A stretch of DNA of 64,000 bases from Mobula hypostoma (Eukaryota). Shown piece by piece: positions 36,001 through 47,339 of this stretch. The position numbers and the translations under genes were made by a program. The stretch is from assembly GCF_963921235.1 (NCBI RefSeq), contig NC_086097.1, positions 75,084,001 to 75,148,000 on the forward strand, in the 5' to 3' direction. Under the pieces are notes generated by a model. That model was not told the DNA's origin and did no database searches. It worked only from the letters and a program-made list of their open reading frames with translations. Every line of letters starts with the position of its first letter. The first letter of the stretch is position 1.

Positions 36001-38487
36001 CTAATCAAAGCAAGAATGTTATGCGTTAGTTATATCCTTTTCTTGACATGCTGGTCATGAGATCACTGGAAGTATGGCACCTATAGCAAATTTAGAGAGG
36101 GAGATTTATGGCCAGATCAATTTAACAATAGATTTCAGATTGCAGTAGCATGGGAACAGCTTGTTAAATTGCAAAACACAATTCAACATCTTTTAAATTA
36201 AAATGCTAGTGAAGTTATTTGATTCCAATGAAAGCAAAGAAAAAATTAATCTGGTTTTTCACTTCTACTTGTATCTTAAAATAAAACTGCACTATTTTTA
36301 ATAGATAAAAATAAATTACATTATACAGCAATATTTAAAGTGAAAGTGCTTTATAATAGCTTATAAAATTTCTTGTTTCATTTTAATATTTTGTATTTTA
36401 CGTTCTTACATAAGTGCATGTGCTGAGAAATTAAGTCAAGCTGGGCTTCTACTTTTCCTGCTGTTCGTTGCCCCACATTGATTGATGGCTACTTTTAATA
36501 CTTCATATATAAAATTCAGTTCTATTACTGTCTATGTCCATTTTTGAGGTGTGGGAAATTGCACATCTGTTAAATAATTAATATTCCAAATATCATTGAT
36601 GACTAGATAATCTAGGAAATCTGTACAGTTCTTTATCTTTTTTATATAAGATGCTGGCCTTTTTGATAAATTAAACTTGTTTATCCATCAGTATTCATTG
36701 CCAACAGACATGGCTAGGCCATTGAGTCATGACTGCATAATGCATTAAAGCATGTCCATTGATGTGGGAAAATTGTAAGTCGCACGGTGTAGACACAGTG
36801 AGTGGCAAAATGTAAATATTCTCTGCATTTTGATCTCGTATGACAGACCCCATTACAGTCAAGACAATGGATTGTGTGCATTTATTTCCAGCTGTCTGCA
36901 TTTGCATGATTCTATTTGGGCATCATGTGGACATGTATGTTTTCAATGTTAAATCCTCATGCAAATAATAAAAAAAAATGCCATTTTGTTAATCTCCTTC
37001 CTAAATTAGCATTTGTAAATGTCACTTTTAATTTGCAAGTTGTGGTGTGAACGTTCTTTCTAATCAGTTAATGACTTCCAAATGGAATGCTGGGCATTTT
37101 ATTAGGAAGATGAAAGAGATTTTATTTTTTTCTTACAAATTTCAAAATCCCAGAGTGGCCAAATTTTATAATGACTTAAAATATTCTCAGAATGAGCATT
37201 ATGTCATTTTTTTCTTAAGTAATATATATAGAATCCAAACTTTCCCTAAAGTATAACGATCTTTTACCTGCAAGTTGGATCATGTGATACCATGTTTCAT
37301 ACAGTCTGTGATTCAATGTCAATGAAAAGTGATTGGTTAAGGGAGACTGGTGACTGGTGCAAGATACACAAAGACCCCAGATTATGTTATTGGATCCTTT
37401 TTGGAGCCTGACTTGTTAATACATGGAGCTCAGAAGTGCTCAGAGGTATTCAGCTACATGCTCAACTGCCTGGATGCCACCCAGACCATCACAGTGCTTG
37501 TGATGTGAATTTCAATGCTATGTATTAACAGCCTGCCATCACTGGCCCCAGAGGGTGGAGTTGATTGCTATGTCTTGGTGGCCAGGTTCACCCCAACCCC
37601 TCTATTGCTGTGTGGTATCTCATTACAACTTCCAGTGATGTCCACAAATCTCTTGAGTATGATTTCTTTCACCATCCCTGCCTTGACTGTCACCCCAGCA
37701 TTCCTCTAAAACCCTAGTCACTTCTCCCTGACCATCAAGATCCACCTACTTCCTCCTGCTAGCACTGCCACCAGACATCTTTCTTTGTAATCACTTCCTT
37801 GACAGAGCTGGCAGAGTAAGGGTCCTTTCAGTATCACAGAAAGCCCTTGAACTCTGCAGCAATGAGTTCTCATACAAAATAACCATTGGTCCATTGTACA
37901 TTGCTCAATTGCTACATCACTATTGGGACTATTCAACTTTGAAAACTTTTGTCGCTAGTATACAAATATAGTTTGGGTGACAGAGAACTCTCCAATGGAA
38001 TCTCCATTGATCATTTATTGAAGAATAATAAGAATTTTCATTTGTGCGTTGTTAGGCTAGGCTAAATATAATACATTTCGGATGGGAAATGGATTTCTGG
38101 ATATTATTGCTCAATGTGTTTTGTAGAAGCATCAAGGTATTGCATTCAACCATCAAAATTTGACTTTCTGAAGCAGAGTACAAGTTGCTGCCAATATTGC
38201 GTAAAATGTCATTTGTTTTTGGCCTTGATTTCTTTACATACATAGAACTGTGCAGCTTCTGATGTTACCATCAACAAAAGTCAGATAGCATTCTATACAT
38301 GCATATGATGATGAAGTTTTGGTAGGTTATAGTTTTAAATATTTGACAGTATGTTAAGGAGTTTACTTCCTGTTATGCATTTACACATACAACCAAATAT
38401 TTCCACATTAAACATTCACATTGACAAATAGACTGCAGTGTTATTTTCACCAGCAAGGGGAATGGCACTATCAAGCATCCAAGAATA

Positions 38488-38562
38488 CTTTATGCTACTA
38501 TACATCTACTTTAATAAGTGCTGATGTTGCACTTATTAAAGTAGATATATAATAGCATAAAG
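38488..38562. repeat. Inverted repeat with 34-bp arms and a 7-nt loop
   Basis: CTTTATGCTACTATACATCTACTTTAATAAGTGC-TGATGTT-GCACTTATTAAAGTAGATATATAATAGCATAAAG; two mismatches. Confidence 0.95.
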
Positions 38563-39879
38563 ATGGAGTACCCTATTTCATGTCGGTATATGAATACAGA
38601 TGTTATCTAAACCACAGATGTAAAATGTGGTTTACTTTTAGCACCATGGTTAAGTGTACTTGTGGATTTTGAATTTGCCTTTGTTCAGCAGTAAGCAGCA
38701 GACAATGGTGATCGTGAAACAACACTATGTTAACATTATGCTGTACTTTCCAACTGGTGATCTCACAACGAATGTAAACAATACTAGTTTTTCTCCAGCT
38801 GTATAGACACTACTTTTATACTTTAGTTCACCATATCCATTTTTAAGACCAACAAAATATAAAACTAAACCTTTTTTATTAAGGAATGAATATGCTTTTT
38901 TCCATATCCTGGAAAGAATGGTCTTCAGTCATTTCAGTCTGCACAGCCATTTGTGTAGTGACAAAATACTTTTACTGTGTGTTTAGTATGTATATTTGTG
39001 TGTTGATGAGTAAAGTAATATAGTTTTGCAAAATGTGCAATTTGGAGCTTGAATTTTAAAAATTTTTTTTAAAGATTGGGCTAATAACAGTATTCTCAAC
39101 TCAGAGTTGAAGCTGTGGTCCAAACGTAATTGCAGTCTTGGTAGGTACATGGATGCACCACTGAGATGCAGGGAATTGACTGAGGTACTGAGGGCTAAAT
39201 TGGTAACTTCTGGAAATGGATGAGCAGATTGTAGATGCCTGATTAACTCAAACCAGCTTGACCCAATGCAGACAACACACATTCATGCTGCCTGTCACTT
39301 GGGTATTTGTATCACCAAGCCTGTTCTGTTGATTGGCTGAACACTTACAGTAGAGTTCAATTGATAGCACCATCTTTAAGCTCGCCTGGATTTCTTAAGC
39401 AGAGGTAGCGTGTGATCTGGGTGACTACAGTGATTCAGTGAGGAATATTGGACTATCAAACCATATGAGTAACATTTACTGCAGGCTGTTTAATCACAAC
39501 AACCTCAAGAGCCAATATATTGCACAGCATTTGCAGAAGGTCTTTCCTCTCTCTTGCATGAGGTTTTGGCATTTTAATACAGGCAGCACAAGCTAAATAG
39601 CAGTTGGCACATCTGGTCACCAGCAGTTAACTCAATGGAAGAAGTGGTACTTATCATGCTCTGGACTTAAATATTGGTGAGGCTAAATCCACCAAGGAGA
39701 TTTTCACATCTAGTTATTGACCCTCTTCCCAACTTCCCTGCTTACAATAACTCTTTTGATTTATGTAATGCAGATAGTGAAAGGTTGCACTTCTTAGTTT
39801 TCTTTGTAGTCCTTACCACGAACACACCCTCAGTCTTTCTTACTGTTAGCAAGGAACTACAACACAGTAGAGGTGAAAG

Positions 39880-39995
39880 GGCCTGAGGTGTGAAAATTAT
39901 CTTTGAAACGTTAACTGTTTCTCTTTTTGAAAGTGCTGCATGACTGGTGAAAATGTCCAGTATGTTCTCTTTTATTTCAGATTCTGAGCAATTCT
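39880..39995 (+). repeat. Old Penelope-like terminal repeat remnant
   Basis: GAAACGTTAACTGTTTCTC...TGCTGCATGACTGGTGA...TCCAG...TTTCAGATTC follows the layout of the younger copies. Confidence 0.5.
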
Positions 39996-40199
39996 AATCT
40001 GCTTTTGTATGGTACATAATTATTTTATAGTTGAGATTACCAGCTCCGATAATAATACTGTAGAGCTTGGAGTTGGGGATCTGCATATGGTAAGTCACTT
40101 GGGACAAATTTCATTAGGCAAGGGCAGTACCAAAGGATACTGCAAGTGTCAGTACCTAGGAAGAAAGAATCCACATCAGTTTCATTGGATAGAAATTCT

Positions 40200-41301
40200 A
40201 TAAGACCATAAGATATAGAAGCAGAATTATGCTGGATCCATTTTCCCTCTCAGCCCCAATCTCCTACCTTCTCCCCATATCCTTTCATGCCCTGACCAAT
40301 CAAGAATCTATCAATCCCTGCCTTAAATATATGTAAAGACTTGGCCTCCACAGCTCCCTGTGGCACTGAATTCCACAGATTCGCCACTCTCTGGCTAAAG
40401 AAATTTCTCCTCATCTCTCTTGTAGAAGGATGCTCATCTGGTCTGAATCTGCGTTCTCTGATCCAAGACTCTCCCACCATAGGAAACATCCTCTCCACAT
40501 CCACCTTATGAATGCTTTTTAACATTCGATAAGTTTCAATGAGGTCACCCCTCATTCTTCTGAACTCTAGTGGATACAGGCCCAGAGCCAGTGAACTTTC
40601 TTCATATGACAAGCTGTTCAATTTGGAATCATTTTCGTGAACCTCCTTTGAACCCTCTCCAGCCCATCTTTTCTAAGATAAGAGGCTCAAAACTGCTCAC
40701 AAATGAGGGCTCACCAGTGCTTTATAAAGCCTCAACATTACATCCTTGCTATTATATTCTAGTCCTCTTGAAATGAATGCTAACATTGCAGTTGCATTCC
40801 TCACCACAGACTTAACCTGCAAATTAACCTTTAGGGAATCTTGCACAAGGACTCTCAAGATTCTTTCACCTCAGATTTTCGATTTTTTTCTCCATTTAGA
40901 AAATAGTATACACCTTTATTCCTTCTACCAAACTACTGCATTTCTTCTAACAACGTGCATAACCATACACCTCCCGACACTGTATTCCATCTGCCACTTT
41001 TTTACCCGTTCTCCTAATCTGTCTAAGTCCTTCTGTAGCTTCTCTACTTCCTCAATACTACCTACTCCTCTACCTCTCTTCAAATTGTCCACAACCTTTG
41101 CAACAAAGCCTTCAATTCCATCATCAAAGTCATTGACATACAACATAAAAAGAATTGGTCCCAGCACAGAACCCTGTGGAACACCACTAGTCACCAGCAA
41201 CTAACTACAAAAGGCTCCCTTTATTCCCACTCTTTGCCTTCTGCCAATTAGCTACTGCTTTATCCATGCTAGTATCTTTCCTGTAATACTGTGGGCTCGT
41301 A
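40200..41301 (-). mobile_element. CR1 LINE 3' portion
   Basis: VTSGVPQGSVLGPILFMLYVND and RRMRGDLIETYRML ORF pieces; tail near 40200. Confidence 0.92.
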
Positions 41302-42155
41302 GCAGTGGATGTTGTATATTTGGACTTTCAGAAGACCTTTGACAAGGTGCCACAGATGAGGCTGCTTACCAAGTTACAAGCCCGTGGTATTACAGGAAAG
41401 TTATTGGCATGTTAAAGAATTGGCTGATTGACTGAAGGCAGCGAGTGGGAGTAAAAGGATTCTCTTCTGGTTGGCTGCCAGTGACTAGTCGTGTTCCGCA
41501 TGGGTCAGTGTTGGGACCGCTTCTTTTTATGCTATATATCAAAGATTTAGATGATGGAATAGATGGCTTTGTTGCCAAGTTTGCAGATGATATGAAGGTT
41601 AGTGGAGGGGCAGGTAGTGTTGAGGAAACAGGTAGGCTGCAAAAGGACTTAGACAGATTAGGGGAATGGACAAAAAAGTGGCAACGTTGGAAAATGCATG
41701 GTCATGTACTTTGGTAGAAGAAATAAATGTGCAGACTATTTTCTAAATGGGGAGAACATCCAAAAGTCTCAGGTGTATAGGGAGTCCTTGTGCAGAACAC
41801 CCTAAAGGTTAACTTACAGGTAAAATAGGTGGTGAAGAAGGCAAATGCAACGCTAGCATTCATTTCAAGAGGTCTAGTGTACAAGAGCAGGGATGTGATG
41901 TTCAAGTTTTATGAGGGTCTGGTAAGGCCTCACCATGAGGTATTGTGAATAGTTCTGGGCTTCTCATCTCAGAAAAGATGTGGTGGCATTGGAGAGGGTT
42001 CAGAGGAGGTTCACAAGGATGATTCTGGGAATGAAAGGGTTATCATACGAGGAAACTCTGGGTCTGTACTCACTGGAATTTAGAAGGATGGGGTTGGGGT
42101 GGGGGGAATATCATTGAAATCTCTCGAATGTTGAAAGACCTAGACAGAGTAGTTG
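41302..42155 (+). mobile_element. CR1 LINE RT portion, head-to-head with the previous copy
   Basis: VDVVYLDFQKTFDKVP, VPHGSVLGPLLF, KFADDMK motifs. Confidence 0.92.
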
Positions 42156-42279
42156 TTGATTCCTCCCTCCTTCTCATCAACTATTTACTATAGCTGGTGA
42201 CAAGACTGTGTAAGTGTATCGGAAAATCTGACAACTTTTGTTGTGGTCATGGTGCCCTTAAAAGACTAGATTACATATT

Positions 42280-42720
42280 CACAAACACAAGAGATTCTGC
42301 AGATGCTGGAAATCCTGCGCAACACTCACAAAACGCTGGAGGAGTACAGCAAGTCAGGCATCACGGTAGCGTAGTGGTTAGCACAATGCTATTACAGCTC
42401 CAGGCATTCAAGAGTTCAGAGTTCAATTCTGGCGCCGTCTGTAAGGTGTCTGTTTGTCCTTCCCGTGGAATGTGTGTGTTCCTCCCATAGGCAAAAGACA
42501 TACTGGGTATGTTAACCGGTCATTGTAAATTGTCTTGTGATCAGGTCAGGTTAGGGTTAATCGGCTTTGCTGGGGGAGGGGAAGGAGTACAAGCTGGCAG
42601 GTGACTGGTGAGATCAGATGGGTGGCTGTCGGAGGGGAGGGGAAGAAGTAGAAGCTGGGTGGTGGTAAGTGGAAAAGGCAAAGGGTTGAAGAAGAAGGAA
42701 TCGACTAGGAGAGGACAATT
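42280..42720 (-). repeat. Penelope-like terminal repeat interrupted or fused with a SINE
   Basis: CACAAGAGATTCTGCAGATGCTGGAAATC...GCTGGAGGAG at 42286-42345; purine-rich part 42575-42720 matches ~13980-14125. Confidence 0.65.
42356..42575 (+). mobile_element. tRNA-derived V-SINE (HE1-like)
   Basis: A-box CGGTAGCGTAGTGG, B-box GAGTTCAATTCT, then GGTCATTGTAAATTGTC as in the 61505-61725 copy. Confidence 0.75.
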
Positions 42721-43649
42721 CAATTAAATTTAATTCAAATTTAATTGTCATTCAACCATACATGAATACCCATGAATACAGCCCAATAAAACAGTGATAT
42801 TCTGGGGTCAAGGTGCAAGATAGAATACCAACAGTCACACACGGCACAAGGCACATATAGAACATATAAGATAGCAGTAAAATACAGTCACATAAAAAAT
42901 ATAGTCCAAGACCTTTAGTCCATTAACGTTACAGAGTACCATGGAAGCGAGTCTGGGTGAGCACAAGATCAAAGAGTTGGAGAGTAGCAGAGGTTACTGA
43001 GGGGCAGCAGTGAGAGGGCGACTCACTGAACTCCCATCAAAGAAAAAATATAAACTTCTTCAGGGAAGGGTGCATCTACACGTCACCAGCAAATAGCTCT
43101 TGCTACCATTTGGCACCTTTCTCTTGTTGAGGTGGCTCAAACATAAACATCACAACAGATTTCCTCAGAAAGAAGGCATCATGCGTGTGGCCAAGAACAC
43201 AGGCCATTACTCTGCAAGGTTTTTCATATGATATTCGTGGGCTGATGGGTTGGTCCCACTGTGGGACAGGCACAGCAATGCAATGTAATGTCCATGTACT
43301 CAGTGGCACTACGGCAATAGCAGCTATCCTTCAAAATCCTCTGTCTTGCAATCTTCGGAAAGTGATAAAGCAAGAAATGCAAGCCTGGAAGTTGGACTCA
43401 CATGAATGTACGTTTGAGCAATTATTTCTGGGTTGAAAGAGGATTATCAGGTCTGAACATCACCAAATGTGATTCCTGTAGTTGGACTGACATTTCCCTG
43501 ATGTCAGTCATGGAACTAATGATATCATTGGATATGCTGAAAATGTTTCCTGAACTTTCAGCAGGAATTGGAGATCTGTGGGAAAATGCGCAACCTTCAG
43601 TATTAACTCATAATGTAACCAGAAGCACATCATGCCTGGTTTGTGAATG

Positions 43650-43825
43650 AGATTCTGAAAGGATAGGATGAATGGCCAGAAGGCAAAGTCTACTTCGGTA
43701 CCGATGATGAGGCCCTGCAAAGTGAGTTCAACAAATGTGATGTTTTGTTTTGAGGACAGGACCTCCGGAGTGGTAATCTCAGGATTGCTACCATGCCACG
43801 TGCTAGTGAGGCTAGAAATGGTAAG
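43650..43825 (+). repeat. CR1 ORF1 (SGNH esterase-like) fragment
   Basis: RTSGVVISGLLP..RASEARN-like sequence preceded by a GTDD (GTND-like) motif. Confidence 0.55.
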
Positions 43826-44649
43826 ATTAATAACCATAATAATAAGCCATACAAAGCTAAACTAAACAGAATAAATTAAATTTCACGTCACTTGCCAGTG
43901 ATAATAAACCTGATTCTGATTCTGAGATAATATGAAATGTGCCAGAGGAAGAAAACAGAACAATGAAAATTAAATTTGATGCCCCAAAATGACACCAACC
44001 CTCGCACAGAATTACCAACATCGGGTTAATGAACTTTTGGTCTAATGTCTGGGTCAAACGAGGTGGCACACAATCAAGAAGCAAGCTGGATAAGGGAGGA
44101 AAAGAACACATGCAATATTGAAGTTATGCAAACATCTGAATTTGCAGTGGATATGGTAAAAGGCAGTTATTAAAAATACCCACATCTGGAAAAGCACTAG
44201 CAATGATAATATTCATAATTATCTCTATAAAAAGCACTTGCCTTCATCATACCTATTAATATATATAAACAATTGTCTTAAAAATCCTGAAAGAAGTTCC
44301 TGAATCTTTGACACAAGGTAAAACACATCTCTGACCTAAAGGAGAAATCACAAATAACCCATCAAAATATCATCCTATTACTTGTTTACAAATATTTCTG
44401 AAATTGTAATATCATGTATCTCGCAACTAATCACGACTCACTAAGATAACCTCAATATGCTTACAGAAGAGCAGAAAGGATGCTGTAAGGGTAAAGAACA
44501 ACTGATACTAAATTCTGTAATTCTAAGTGAAGCCCAGTGGAAAAGCAGAAATCTTTCATGTTGTTATATTGATTACCCAAAAGCATTTGACTTTATCCCA
44601 CACTCATTGTTAACAGAAGTTCTAAATATATAAATAAACCACACCTAAT

Positions 44650-45003
44650 AAAATGATGAGAGGCTTTGATCATGTGAATAGTCAGAGGCTTTTTCCCAGG
44701 GCTGAAATTGTTGCCACAAGAGGACACAGGTTTAAGGTGCTGGGGAGTAGGTACAGAGGAGATGTCAGAGGTAAGTTTCTTACTCAGAAAGTGGTGAGTG
44801 CATGGAAAGGGCTGCCGGCAATGGTGGTGGAGCTGGATACGATAGGGTCTTTTAAGAGACATTTAGAAAGGTACATGGAGCTTAGTAAAATAGAGGGCTA
44901 TAGGTAAGCCTAGTAATTTCTAAGGTAGGGACATGTTCGGCACAACTTTGTGGGCCGAAGGGCCTGTATTATGCTGTAGGTTTTCTATGTTCTATTCTAC
45001 GTT
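44650..45003 (+). mobile_element. CR1 3' end nested in the R4 element
   Basis: TRGHRFKV...FLTQKVVSAWKGLP and TTCTATGTTCTAT tail. Confidence 0.9.
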
Positions 45004-46638
45004 CAAATACTTGTAAAGTTCCTACATCCAATGAAGCATTGGTATCCAATGAAGTATTGGCATCACCCCATCTATTAACAACCAAAAAAGAACAACCACC
45101 ATCCTCAAAATAAACCAAGACATTTTCCAGGATGAGTCTCTTAGCCCACCATGGTTTTGCCCATCTTTAAACCTACTCTAATTTAGTGAATGGACAAAAA
45201 TAGGGTATCAAATCAGAAACAATTAAATTAATTACATTTTGAAACATCTTCTATACATAGAACAAAGACTATCTGAAATTATCTGCTCCTTCATCAGTAC
45301 AACTAAAGCAATTATTTCAAATAGTTGAACTATTTTCTAAAGATATAAACCTAAACTTTGGACCTGATAAAATGCAGAATATTAAACATAAAGAAAGGTG
45401 CAAAAGAGCTAGTAGAGTATAAAACAGAGCAGCAAGACAAAATACAACTGACGGATGAATATGAAACATAAATATCTGGGATATCAAGAAGCAAAGAAAG
45501 TAGATCATAGTGCAATAAAGGGAAAACTTTTCACAGAATTAATTCAAAGCTTAAGAAAATCTGCCAAACAGAGCACAACAGCAAAAATATAACGAAGGCA
45601 ATAAATGCTTTTGCTATGCCCATATTAAATTCTTTTGGCATAATATCTGAAACCAATCTGAACAATTTACAAGGAAAAATAAGGACTGAAGTGACAAATT
45701 TTAGAAAACACTATGTACAATCAAACATTTAGATTAGCATTACATAGGACAGAATGATGAAGAGGAATAACAGACGTAAAAAATTTACAGAACAGTCAGA
45801 GAAAACTCCTAAGGATATATTTTCATCAACAGAAACAGGATTCAGCACAACACACACAAGTATATGCAATTGTGATCAGAAGTACACGCCAGTAAACTTA
45901 AATGAAAGCACAATACAGAAGACAAAGTTAAGCAATGGAAGAGCATGACCCTCTATGGAAGACATCCACACGATCTGAGCAGACTCGGTGTCAACAAGGA
46001 AGTGTCAAACCCATGACTCAGTTACAGACATCTTCCCACAGAGGAGTTCCTTGTGGTAATACAGGACCAGGTGGTTAATACAAAAAAAGATCAAAATATA
46101 TAACAAAAGACCAACAAATTCAGGAAGATAAATGCAGGAAATGCAAAGAGAAACCACAAACAATCCAACACATTACAGGATCCTGTAGCAATTTAACTCA
46201 ATCTGATTACTTACACAGGCACAATGAAGTGGCAAACATCATTCATCAAAGTCTTGCTTTAAAATACAAACTCATAAAAGACACTGTACCTTACTATAAA
46301 TGCAAGCATGAACCAGTTTTAGAGTCAGAGTCCCATGAATTATATTACGCTGATCTATTATTACAGATAGCATAATCCAAAATAACCATTTGGATATAAT
46401 AACACAGGATAAACAAGCAGGAACAACTTACTTAATAAATATAGCCATTCCAAACACACAAAACACACAGAAATCAATAACTGAAAAACACTAGAAATAT
46501 GCTGAATTAAAAGAGGAAATTGTATACCTTGTTTATGTTCCATGGTCTTTCAATGTCCCAATAGTAATATCTAACAGCAATAATTGGTGTCATCCCAACC
46601 CAATGGCACTACACAATAGCATTAAACAATTAGGCCTA

Positions 46639-46951
46639 TAAGGCATCTGTTAGTCTTGCAACACCAGGGATCTGCGCCTGGAAAGTCTTCACTCTCCAGG
46701 GTGCAGGCCTGGGCAAGGTTGTATGGGAGACCAGCAGTTGTCCATACTGCAAGTCTCCCCTCTCCACGAGACCAATGTTTTCCAAGGGAAGGGCATTAGG
46801 ACCCATACAGCTTGGCACCAGTGTCGTCACAGAGCGATGTGTGATTAAGTGCCTTGCTCAAGGACACAACACGTTGCCTCGGCTAGGGTTCGAACTCACG
46901 TCCTTCAGGTTGCTAGTCCAATGCCTTAACCACTTGGCCACGTGCCCACGC
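46639..46951 (-). mobile_element. Full-length tRNA-derived SINE nested in the R4 element
   Basis: 15-bp TSD AAACAATTAGGCCTA (46624-46638, 46952-46966); minus strand A-box TGGCCAAGTGG, B-box GAGTTCGAACCC, central GTTGTGTCCTTGAGCAAGGCACTT. Confidence 0.9.
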
Positions 46952-47339
46952 AAACAATTAGGCCTACACAGCAATATTCATGTAAGTCTCCAGAAAGCCA
47001 CAATACTAAGCACCACTACAATAGTCTGAAAGTTCCTAGCAATTGAGAAATGAGTGTGCTTATCTATGTTTGTACCCTAGGTTTTACCAGCTTGAGGTGA
47101 GAAAAAAATGAAAATAATAATAATGATAAAATAAACTTATTTATAAAGGACTTTTCATACAGATGATATTGTTCAAAGTGCTTTACAATAGGGTAAAGTA
47201 CAAACTTGAAAATAAGACAAAATATGTTATTTAAGAACAAGGTTAAATAAACAGATTTTGATCTGGTGTTTAAAAGTGTCAAATGAGTCTGCATCCCACA
47301 CTTTAGGAGCATAGTTCAAAAAAGCTGACCTGCCAATTA

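Larger units (their letters stand above)
43950..47128 (+). mobile_element. R4/Dong-clade non-LTR retrotransposon (RT, CCHC, RLE), decayed
   Basis: NPSKYHPITCL, EEQKGC..GKEQLI, YIDYPKAFD..PH, FQDESLSP.WFC, IQDQVVNT, DKCRKCKEKPQTIQHITGSC, YLHRHNEVA, IAIPNT, KYAELKEEI, LQKATILST; (TAA)n tail at ~47112-47128. Confidence 0.88.

Noticed and set aside
45025..45062. Short tandem duplications (18 bp here, 20 bp near 58108-58148)
   Set aside because: Two-copy local slippage duplications with no further structure.
46860..46950. tRNA gene
   Set aside because: The A/B boxes belong to a TSD-flanked SINE head and there is no complete cloverleaf; the same applies at 27514 and 42356.
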